NCBI GenBank assembly: GCA_041488275.1
Contig: JBGPOY010000003.1
Location: forward strand, 78,092 to 142,091
Length of the DNA stretch: 64,000 nucleotides
Direction: 5' to 3'
Source of the DNA: Candidatus Nanoarchaeia archaeon
GTDB taxonomy: Archaea > Nanobdellota > Nanobdellia > Woesearchaeales > ARS49
Each line of letters starts with the position of its first letter. The stretch's first letter is position 1. Positions 42,992 to 50,560 of this stretch are shown in pieces. The notes below the pieces were generated by a model. The model was given only the letters and a program-made list of their open reading frames with translations, was not told where the DNA came from and did no database searches. Made by a program: the position numbers and the translations under genes.

Positions 42992-44518
42992 ATGACCATC
43001 GCAACCCTTCCCGCATTCCAGAACCTCATTCGAGGCAAGTCCGTCTCGATGAGCGGCAGGCAGTTTGAAGCGCGCAGCGCGTTCTTCCCTGACTACGCCG
43101 TGCTTGCGACGGATTCGGATGAGCGCGACCTCGAGCGCGCAATCTCCATGACCAAGCGGGGACAGCAGGAACTCGCAAAGCTCACGTTCGAGGACCGCGA
43201 GCGCATCCTGAAGGACGCAAGTACGCGCCTGAAGTTCGACGACGCGGACATCGCGCACTGCGTGCAGATGATGGGCATGCCGTGGAATTCCGTCAAGGAC
43301 TACATCAAGATGATTCCCTTCCTGATGGACGGGATGCCCGGCACCGTGCGCACCATGATGGATATTATCGACGGCGTTCCCGGGTACACGCACCCCGCCA
43401 TTCCGGGCGTTGAGCTGAAAGTGCCGCACGACGGATTCGTGTACGGCGTGATTCCGAGCAACGACCCGCGCGCGACGCTGTTCGTTTTCTCTTTCCTCGC
43501 CGTTGCGGGCGTTCCCGCGGTTCTCAAGGTCAGCAAAAATGAGCTGCCGGTCGCGTACAAGGTCGTGCAAGCCGCCCTCGACGCGGGCTACCCGAAGGAA
43601 GCCGTCAGCGTTCTCACGTGGGATACACGCGATACCGACCGAGCAACCGCATTGCACTTCAAACTCGCCAAAGAAGCCGCTCGCACGGTCGCGTTCGGTT
43701 CCGACGACACGATTGACAACCTGCTCCGCTATGAGCGAAAAAACGTCATCGACCCTACGAGACTCGCGCAGTACCAAGGACAGCAGGTGAACCAAACGCT
43801 GATTGATTCGCTGACGGAAAACATCGTCGTTACCGACCTCGAAGGGCGGCTGATGCGGCACACGTCCGGCAACTGCGCGATGATTGTCACCGAAAGTGCC
43901 GACCCTCTCAAGGCGGCAGAACTCATCATGCAGTCTGCGTATCATTATCCCATCAGCTGCAAGTCGCTGAAAGCGCTCTACGCTGTCGGCGCGGCGCACG
44001 ACGTCCTGCTGAAAGTGCTTCCTGACCGCGTGAAGGGTTTGCTCGTCGGCAATCCGATGACGCCCGGCGTTGAAGTCGGCTACGTCGACAAGGAACTCCT
44101 CGACCAGACGCTGCCGCGCATGCAGGAACTCAAAGGGCTCGGACACGCGGACATCCTCGCGGGCGGCGACCGCGCGGGACCGTATCTGGCAAGCCCGCTC
44201 CTCGTCGCGGCGCACAACCCGACGTCCGACGGACTGCTCAACGAGCACTCAATGTACTTGTGCACGATGCGCCGCTGCGATTCGCTTGCGCAGGCAGTCG
44301 ACGAATGCAATCTCGCGGCGACAAAACAGCCGCGCCTGTCCGTCAGCGTCGTGACCGGCGACTCGCCCCAAGCGCGCGCCGAAGCGCGGCAGTACGAAAC
44401 GCGCATCAAGGCGGACCTCGTCCACGTCAACCAAGTCACGAATTTCCTGCACGGCGCCATTCATCAGGGCTATAACTACGTGCACGCTCTGTGCCGGACG
44501 CGGAGCGTACGGCGATGA
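42992..44518 (+). CDS. Aldehyde-dehydrogenase-superfamily protein (LuxC-like acyl-CoA/acyl-enzyme reductase candidate)
   Basis: 508 aa with ALDH-like segments (AGVPAVLKVS; candidate catalytic Cys in HTSGNCAMIV). It is paired with the adenylate-forming enzyme. Confidence 0.7.
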   Translation: MTIATLPAFQNLIRGKSVSMSGRQFEARSAFFPDYAVLATDSDERDLERAISMTKRGQQELAKLTFEDRERILKDASTRLKFDDADIAHCVQMMGMPWNSVKDYIKMIPFLMDGMPGTVRTMMDIIDGVPGYTHPAIPGVELKVPHDGFVYGVIPSNDPRATLFVFSFLAVAGVPAVLKVSKNELPVAYKVVQAALDAGYPKEAVSVLTWDTRDTDRATALHFKLAKEAARTVAFGSDDTIDNLLRYERKNVIDPTRLAQYQGQQVNQTLIDSLTENIVVTDLEGRLMRHTSGNCAMIVTESADPLKAAELIMQSAYHYPISCKSLKALYAVGAAHDVLLKVLPDRVKGLLVGNPMTPGVEVGYVDKELLDQTLPRMQELKGLGHADILAGGDRAGPYLASPLLVAAHNPTSDGLLNEHSMYLCTMRRCDSLAQAVDECNLAATKQPRLSVSVVTGDSPQARAEARQYETRIKADLVHVNQVTNFLHGAIHQGYNYVHALCRTRSVRR

Positions 44519-44979
44519 AGACCAAGCACCTCTTCGTCCCGCTGCTGGACGTCGGCGAAGTGCTGCCGTTCGCGGTGCGCAAGACCGAAACGCTGCAGGA
44601 AAGTTTCACCGAACAGGACCGCGCCAAACAGGCGCTCGTCAAGTTCGTGGACCAGCTGGAGCGCAAGCTCAAACAAAAAGTGTATTATATGGGTCTCGAC
44701 GTTATCGGTGAAAAAGCCTATGAACGGTTCATTTTTGACAAAGGAGGGTTCCTCGAAGTGATGGTGGAGAGTCCGGTCGCGCTGAACGCGCATTTCGTGC
44801 ATGAACTGCAGGCAAAAGCGTTTGCCAAGGCGCTGAAACTCGCGCTCACGGGCGCGCTGCCGAAGAGTCCGACCTCACAGCTGCTCATCGACAGCGTCGA
44901 AGTCCAGAACCAGGACGACACGAGTCTCACGGTCGAGAAATGGCACAAGCTCAAGGACATCCGCGAGGGAACCGCATGA
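44515..44979 (+). CDS. Hypothetical protein (154 aa)
   Basis: ATGA overlaps at both ends (44515 and 44976). No recognisable motif. Confidence 0.7.
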   Translation: MKTKHLFVPLLDVGEVLPFAVRKTETLQESFTEQDRAKQALVKFVDQLERKLKQKVYYMGLDVIGEKAYERFIFDKGGFLEVMVESPVALNAHFVHELQAKAFAKALKLALTGALPKSPTSQLLIDSVEVQNQDDTSLTVEKWHKLKDIREGTA

Positions 44980-45773
44980 ACATCACCCGCGTCAAGTCAG
45001 GCATCAGGGGTTTCGACGAGCTTGTCCAAGGCGGCATCCCGCAGGGCAGCAGCGTCGTCGTGTGCGGCACGCCCGGCACGGGTAAGACCATCTTCGCGCT
45101 CGAATTCCTGTTCCGCGGCGCCACCGAGTTCAACGACAAGTGCCTCTACGTCACGTTCGAGCAGACCGTCGACGCGCTCAAACAGCAGGCGTCGATGTTC
45201 GGCTGGAACCTCGAGCCGCTGCTGAAGAGCAAGAAGCTCGAAATCTGGAGCATCCCGATTGACGACCTCGACCACACGGTCGGCGACACGATTCTCGGCT
45301 ACGTCAAGACGAAGAACATCAAGCGCCTCGTCGTCGACTCGCTTTCGACGCTGGCCATCAACGCGCCGATTTACCAGCCGGTCAAGGACATCGCGCTGGT
45401 CGACATCATGAAGCAGAAGTCGTTCTTCTCGCCGCCGATTCTCGGCGACATCATCGTCCGCAGGTACATTTATTCGCTCGTCAACGAACTGCAGCACGTG
45501 AAACACTGCACGACCCTGCTCATCTCGGAGGGGACGAACGGCGGCGAATACCTGACCCGCGATACGGTCTCGGAATTCGCGAGCGACGGCATCGTCCACC
45601 TCGCGTTCGAGAGCGTCGCGTCAGGATACGCGAGAAGCATCACCGTGCGCAAACTGCGCGAAACGAAAAACGATCCCAACACGCACCCGCTGGAAATCGC
45701 AAAGACGGGAGTCGTGGTGCACAGCATCGTGCGCCAATACGGCGAACCCGACCGTGACGGCGTGTACCGCTAG
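44976..45773 (+). CDS. Single-domain KaiC-like ATPase, intact Walker A
   Basis: VKSGIRGFDELVQGGIPQGSSVVVCGTPGTGKT and LVVDSLS motifs. Confidence 0.9.
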   Translation: MNITRVKSGIRGFDELVQGGIPQGSSVVVCGTPGTGKTIFALEFLFRGATEFNDKCLYVTFEQTVDALKQQASMFGWNLEPLLKSKKLEIWSIPIDDLDHTVGDTILGYVKTKNIKRLVVDSLSTLAINAPIYQPVKDIALVDIMKQKSFFSPPILGDIIVRRYIYSLVNELQHVKHCTTLLISEGTNGGEYLTRDTVSEFASDGIVHLAFESVASGYARSITVRKLRETKNDPNTHPLEIAKTGVVVHSIVRQYGEPDRDGVYR

Positions 45774-45782
45774 GAGGAAACA

Positions 45783-46220
45783 ATGGCAACATTTACCGAA
45801 TTTTTCCGTGACCTGCACCAAGAAATGCAGTACCAACCCAGTAACGCAGTGTTCCTGTACGTCGTGGGCAAGAATCTCGCAAAGCGCAACAAAAACACCC
45901 TGCTGCAGGGCATCCGCCAAGTGGAGACGAACCGCGACATCGCGAAATTCATCTCGCACTTCAAGAAAAGCGGCATCGGCACGCTGAAACTCGTCTCTGC
46001 GGACCCGCGCAAGAAGGAATTCTACTTCGAGCTCAAGAACTCCGTGTTCAAGACCGGACTGAAGCGCCCGAGCTGCAGCGTCGTCGGGGGAATGCTCGCC
46101 AGTCTCGTCGAAGAAACGTACGGGTTCTACGCCGGCGCTCTCGAGACGGCGTGCGTCAGTCAAGGCGACCGGCAGTGCGAATTCAAGGTCAAGATTGTCG
46201 GCAAGGAGCCGCTGAGGTGA
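45783..46220 (+). CDS. V4R-domain protein (second copy)
   Basis: The C-terminus SCSVVGGMLASLVEETYG...ETACVSQGDRQCEFKV is a V4R hallmark. Confidence 0.75.
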   Translation: MATFTEFFRDLHQEMQYQPSNAVFLYVVGKNLAKRNKNTLLQGIRQVETNRDIAKFISHFKKSGIGTLKLVSADPRKKEFYFELKNSVFKTGLKRPSCSVVGGMLASLVEETYGFYAGALETACVSQGDRQCEFKVKIVGKEPLR

Positions 46221-46224
46221 ACCG

Positions 46225-46890
46225 ATGACCATCAAGACCGGCTGCGCGGCCGTCGACCGCATTCTCAACGGCAAACTGCCCGACAAGACCGTCGTGCTCA
46301 TCGAGCGCGACACCGGCATGAAGGACAGCCTCGAGCGTTTGTTCCTCCACAACAGCGTGAAGGCGAAAAACGGCGTCGGGTATTACGCGTTCTTCAACCA
46401 AACGAACAAGGATATCGAGAGCGCGTTCAAGGACCAGGGGCTGGACGTCACGCGCGAGATGAACGAGAAGCGCCTGTACTGGATTGACGAGAGCAACCAT
46501 TCCGAGGGCGAGAACGCCATCAACTGCAAGATTGACGAGCTGTTCACGGTCGAACTGGCGATGCTCCAGCTGCTCGAGAGCAACAAGGACAAGAAAATCC
46601 GCGGCGTCGTGCACCTGCTGACGCCGGCGCTCATCGCGAACGAGCCCGTATTGATTTACCAGTTCTTCTCGTACTTAGTCTCGACGCTGAAGAAGTACAA
46701 CACGCTGACCATCTTTCTCATCGAGCAGAATTTGCACGATGCAACCACCCTCAAGGCGATTGAGGGGCTGTGCGACGTCGTGCTGGAGACCAAGCTCGCG
46801 CAGGAAGACTTTGTCGTCAAGACGCTCGTGCGCGTCAAGAAGATGAAAGGCAACTCCGACACCAAGTTCCACGCGCTCCACGTTGCGTGA
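46225..46890 (+). CDS. KaiC-fold paralogue lacking the P-loop (predicted inactive)
   Basis: IKTGCAAVDRILNGKLPDKTVVLIERDTGMKDS aligns with the KaiC N-terminus, but GxxGxGKT is replaced by ERDTGMKD. Confidence 0.7.
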   Translation: MTIKTGCAAVDRILNGKLPDKTVVLIERDTGMKDSLERLFLHNSVKAKNGVGYYAFFNQTNKDIESAFKDQGLDVTREMNEKRLYWIDESNHSEGENAINCKIDELFTVELAMLQLLESNKDKKIRGVVHLLTPALIANEPVLIYQFFSYLVSTLKKYNTLTIFLIEQNLHDATTLKAIEGLCDVVLETKLAQEDFVVKTLVRVKKMKGNSDTKFHALHVA

Positions 46891-46893
46891 GCC

Positions 46894-47475
46894 ATGGCCG
46901 TAAGTCTCCGCGCCGAACTGAGAAGTCTTCCCGAGAACTACATGGTTCTGCTGATTCTCAATGTCAAGCAGTACTTTGAAGGCGTCATTGAAGTGCTCCG
47001 AATGCTGTGCAACGAGGAAAACCTTCCGGGAATCTACATCACGGTGAACAAGCCGTACGGCACGATGAAGGAACTGCTGCGCGACCGGGGCGTCAACACC
47101 TCCCGCATCTTTTTCATCGACGCCATCAGCCAGACCGTGACGCAGCCGAAGCTCACGAACCATCAGGTCATTTATCTCCCGAACCCGCAATCGCTCACGG
47201 ACCTATCGCTCGCGCTCAATGCCGCCGCGACCGCGCTCGAAGGCAGCAAGAAATTCCTGTTCATGGACTCGCTGTCGACGCTGCTGATTTACAACGAGAC
47301 CGAAAGCGTCGCCAAGTTCGCGCACTTTCTCACCATCAAGATGCGCTCGCTGAACATCAAGGGAGTGCTCATCGCGCTCCGCCAGATGCTGGACGAAGAG
47401 CTGATTTTTGAGGTTGCGCAATACTGCGACCGCGTCATCGACCTTTCTTCCGAAGTTATTGAGCTTGACCGCTAG
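46894..47475 (+). CDS. P-loop-less RecA/KaiC-like paralogue (family shared with 53951 and 54547)
   Basis: GIYITVNKPY...RIFFIDAIS...LTDLSLAL...FLFMDSLSTLLIYN are shared with the two downstream paralogues. Confidence 0.7.
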   Translation: MAVSLRAELRSLPENYMVLLILNVKQYFEGVIEVLRMLCNEENLPGIYITVNKPYGTMKELLRDRGVNTSRIFFIDAISQTVTQPKLTNHQVIYLPNPQSLTDLSLALNAAATALEGSKKFLFMDSLSTLLIYNETESVAKFAHFLTIKMRSLNIKGVLIALRQMLDEELIFEVAQYCDRVIDLSSEVIELDR

Positions 47476-47513
47476 ACGGCAAGGTTTATGAACGCCGGCG
47501 CTTCCCTACGGCT

Positions 47514-47888
47514 ATGAAAAAAGGAGGGCAGGTCTCGGTCGAAGCGCTGTTCTCTCTCGGATTTATCGCGCTGATGTTCGGCACGATGCTGCTGTACTCG
47601 TACGAACGCCAGCAAGACCTTCGCACGGCGCGCACGGCAGCCGTGCGGCTGAACGACTGCCTCTCGGTCACGACCGCAATCATCGGACTGCTCGTAAATA
47701 GAGGCGGCACGGCGAACGTCACCGTGACGAACCGCATCGCCGTCAAGTCCGCTGCGCAGGTCGTCGAAGCGGGCGACGATGTTCCGTGCCGGCTTGCTAC
47801 GTCCGCAGTCACGAGCGGCGTCTTTGAGCCGGGCAGGCTTGTCTTCACGTCGCTTCCGAACGGCACCGTCGAGGTGTCGCATGCGTAA
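47514..47888 (+). CDS. Prepilin-like protein (class III signal peptide)
   Basis: MKKGGQVSVEALFSLGFIALMFGTMLLY. Confidence 0.7.
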   Translation: MKKGGQVSVEALFSLGFIALMFGTMLLYSYERQQDLRTARTAAVRLNDCLSVTTAIIGLLVNRGGTANVTVTNRIAVKSAAQVVEAGDDVPCRLATSAVTSGVFEPGRLVFTSLPNGTVEVSHA

Positions 47889-48357
47889 AGGGCAGATATT
47901 CAGCACCGACTTGCTGGTCGCGCTCGCAATCACTGCGCTGCTTTGGGGCTCGCTCGTCTTGGAGTTCCACTCATTCGAGCGCAGAAGTCAGGACGCGGAA
48001 ACCACGCACGCGCTCGAACTGCAGGCGATGCAAATTGTGGACCAGCTTACGCTCTCTCCCGGCGTTCCGTCGGCATGGGAAACGACCGGCGGCGCGCAGG
48101 CGCTCGGACTTGCGCAGACGCCGAACGTGCTTTCCAACGAAAAACTTGCCGCGTTCTTCGCGCTTGCTCCCGACGAGATTCGAAACCAGCTCAATATTCC
48201 TCCGCACCGCTTCCGATTCCGGATTCTTGCTTCCGACGGAACGCCGCTCGCGTCCGTCGGAGACCTTGATTCAACGAGAAAGACTCCCGTCATCGCGCTG
48301 CGGCGCCCGGCAGTAACCAATGCAACAACGACTATCGTGGAATTTACCCTGCAATAG
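47881..48357 (+). CDS. Prepilin-like protein (class III signal peptide)
   Basis: MRKGQIFSTDLLVALAITALLWGSLVL. Overlaps the upstream gene by 8 nt. Confidence 0.75.
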   Translation: MRKGQIFSTDLLVALAITALLWGSLVLEFHSFERRSQDAETTHALELQAMQIVDQLTLSPGVPSAWETTGGAQALGLAQTPNVLSNEKLAAFFALAPDEIRNQLNIPPHRFRFRILASDGTPLASVGDLDSTRKTPVIALRRPAVTNATTTIVEFTLQ

Positions 48358-48373
48358 AAACCGGCGCGGCGTG

Positions 48374-48760
48374 ATGCTGAGCCTCGACGCCACGCTCGGC
48401 GTCATTCTGGTTATCACCCTGCTCATCGCAGCAGACGTACAGATGCGCCACGCGAGCGAGGACTCATTGAGCTCCCTAAGCGTCGCGCAGTTCGGCGGCG
48501 CGGCAACCGCGACGCTCGACAAAACAGGCGTCCTCGCAACTCGGGACGCAGGAAGTATTGAAGCCGCGTTAACTCCTCTTCTCCAAGCAAATGTCGCGAT
48601 GCGGATTGCAGTGATGTGCGACGGCGGAACTAATCTCGCGACGAGCGCAACGATTCCTTCCAAACAATTCATCGCATCAGGAAAACGATACTTCGTGGTG
48701 ACCTCGGGAAATTCCATCGATGACCGGTGTGCCGCGACGTGGTGGGCGTGGACGCGATGA
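48374..48760 (+). CDS. Pilin-like accessory protein with an N-terminal hydrophobic helix (atypical signal)
   Basis: MLSLDATLGVILVITLLIAA. It lacks a basic-Gly cleavage motif if the ATG at 48374 is used. Confidence 0.55.
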   Translation: MLSLDATLGVILVITLLIAADVQMRHASEDSLSSLSVAQFGGAATATLDKTGVLATRDAGSIEAALTPLLQANVAMRIAVMCDGGTNLATSATIPSKQFIASGKRYFVVTSGNSIDDRCAATWWAWTR

Positions 48761-49554
48761 AACGCGGCGTGCTGCTTGCGTTGGGAAGTTTCTTTGTCGT
48801 TACTGCACTTTTCGCGTTTGCACTATTCATCGCGTCCCAGCAGAATGCGCACGACAAGCACGCAGTCCAGCTCGCCGCGCTCGAGCGCACTGCCGCGGTT
48901 GAGGATTCCGTGCTGAGTTCGCTTGGCGCGGTCTGGAACGCGACCGCGGGAATGAGCGTCGATGGCGGCGCAGACGACGTGACCGTGCACGATTCGCTTC
49001 CCGCCTCCGGAGTTTTGTCGTCGGAAATCAGCAATCTCAACACCTTCATCACGGCGCAGGATACCAACGTGCACATCGACATGAATGGAAACGCCGGCAC
49101 GCTCGCCCTGCCCGACGGCGTCACGTACGCGCGCACCGCCGACCGCCAAGTGACGGTCAACGCCGCGCCTCTGCCCGGCAATCGCTATGCGGTCACCGTC
49201 ACGGTCGGCGCGAACATCACGTCCTGCGCCGAAAGCGTGACCGCGGGAGCGTTCGAGCTCGCCGTGCGCGTGGACGGCGCGGGCGGAAGCGACTGCGTGA
49301 AAGAGCTCGGCGTCGACTCCGCCGCAAACAACCGCGTCGCCATTGGCACGGACGCGGGAACGATTGATGTGGACTTGAATGCAACCACGCTCATCATCAG
49401 CAGCGCGCCGGACATCGAACTCGCGACCCAGCTGCGGTACAACCGCACCTCTGGCCAGCGAGGCGAGGCGCGGCTCATGAACGTGCAAGCGACTGTCGCG
49501 ATTCCGAATCTGAAATTGGTGCGAACGGATACGCCAATTGTGGCAGTGTGGTGA
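48757..49554 (+). CDS. Prepilin-like protein (class III signal peptide), larger subunit
   Basis: MKRGVLLALGSFFVVTALFAFALFI. ATGA overlap with the upstream gene. Confidence 0.7.
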   Translation: MKRGVLLALGSFFVVTALFAFALFIASQQNAHDKHAVQLAALERTAAVEDSVLSSLGAVWNATAGMSVDGGADDVTVHDSLPASGVLSSEISNLNTFITAQDTNVHIDMNGNAGTLALPDGVTYARTADRQVTVNAAPLPGNRYAVTVTVGANITSCAESVTAGAFELAVRVDGAGGSDCVKELGVDSAANNRVAIGTDAGTIDVDLNATTLIISSAPDIELATQLRYNRTSGQRGEARLMNVQATVAIPNLKLVRTDTPIVAVW

Positions 49555-49582
49555 CGTGAACAGCTGAAGCCGTTTGGTCGTT

Positions 49583-49627
49583 CGTTGTGCAGTTCAGAAT
49601 TACGACGTACGACAATACTGCCTGGGC
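49583..49627 (+). repeat. Copy C of the conserved roughly 46-nt intergenic element
   Basis: CGTTGTGCAGTTCAGAATTACGACGTACGACAATACTGCCTGGGC, located 29 nt 3' of the pilin operon. It carries a 1-nt deletion relative to copies A and B. Confidence 0.8.
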
Positions 49628-49653
49628 AGAGCGATAAGAGCGCGCGTTTCCTC

Positions 49654-49660
49654 TTTTTTT
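49654..49660 (+). terminator. Oligo-T tract (T7) after the pilin operon and repeat copy C
   Basis: CCTCTTTTTTTGCG. Confidence 0.45.
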
Positions 49661-49722
49661 GCGTAACTACCATTCTTGAATGGTGACGAATGCTTTTAAG
49701 TATTCTTAGGGAAGGTCTGACT

Positions 49723-50277
49723 ATGTTAGACAAACGGCTCATGAGGGACGTCAGCGACCTTCTTGAGCTGAACGTAGGGGATGAGAAGATTGTCCGCATC
49801 ATGATGGTGCGGGGCTTCACGACCGAGCAGGTGAAGCGGGTCATCAAGGACATCCGCTCCAAGTCCGGCACCAAACACGAGCCGGTGGCGCATCACAAGA
49901 GCGCGCCGGTCACGGAAACCATCGAGAACAGCCCGAGCAAGCGGTTCGGCATTCTGGGCAAATTGTTCGGCAAGCAATCTGATGAAGAAATGATTGCGGA
50001 AGAGACCGCCAAGCTCGTGAAGCAGGAACAGCACTTGAAGAACGAGGAGGCGAGAGTCCACGCCGAAGTCCAGCAGCTGGTGCAAAAGGCAAAGTCGTTG
50101 GAAGGCCAAGAGCCGAAACACGCGCGCTCGCCCGCGGGCATTCCTGACGACGTCAAGGACGTCCTGCATATTGTCGACGGTTTGTTGGAAAAACTTCCCG
50201 ATACTGAAATCGAACGGTTCACGCAGTCACCGCAGTTCGAACGCTACAAAGCGGTGATGAAGAAATACCTCGGCTGA
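49723..50277 (+). CDS. Hypothetical coiled-coil protein
   Basis: The start was set at MLDKRLM, about 25 nt downstream of the TATA-like CTTTTAAGTATT. The longest ORF starts at 49690. Confidence 0.6.
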   Translation: MLDKRLMRDVSDLLELNVGDEKIVRIMMVRGFTTEQVKRVIKDIRSKSGTKHEPVAHHKSAPVTETIENSPSKRFGILGKLFGKQSDEEMIAEETAKLVKQEQHLKNEEARVHAEVQQLVQKAKSLEGQEPKHARSPAGIPDDVKDVLHIVDGLLEKLPDTEIERFTQSPQFERYKAVMKKYLG

Positions 50278-50296
50278 CGCGGCCGCGGGGGGAAAT

Positions 50297-50560
50297 ATGG
50301 GTCTGCTGAAGAAAGCTGAACTGCAAAGTACGAAGGGTGCGGGAGTACGAGACGACCGCGTTGAGACCGACATCGACCGGCTGTACGCGCTCGTGCTCGA
50401 GAAAGCGCCGCTGAAGCTCGGAGCCGCCGCCGTGTTGCTCGGCAAGCGCCGCGAACTCGTCGAGGACTGGGCGCGCACGCTCGAAGCCGCGTCGCTCATC
50501 AAAATCCACTACCCCGCCGTCGGGGAGCCTGAGCTGGAGCATCCGAATGGACGTCGTTGA
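50297..50560 (+). CDS. Small hypothetical protein (possible wHTH), N-terminal GLLKKAE motif
   Basis: 87 aa. Overlaps the ATPase gene by 14 nt. Confidence 0.55.
   Translation: MGLLKKAELQSTKGAGVRDDRVETDIDRLYALVLEKAPLKLGAAAVLLGKRRELVEDWARTLEAASLIKIHYPAVGEPELEHPNGRR

Noticed and set aside
40580-44248. Three long minus-strand ORFs (393, 485 and 427 aa) across the FIST, ligase and ALDH-like genes
   Set aside because: They are antisense shadows. The plus-strand frames have family motifs and coupled start/stop junctions, and the minus-strand translations have none.
37958-49627. Repeat copies B and C as att-like direct repeats bounding an 11.6-kb integrated island
   Set aside because: There is no integrase, recombinase or tRNA target, and no obvious compositional shift inside the block. 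A third, inverted copy lies elsewhere, and all copies sit at gene 3' ends. I kept this only as a remote alternative within the repeat finding.
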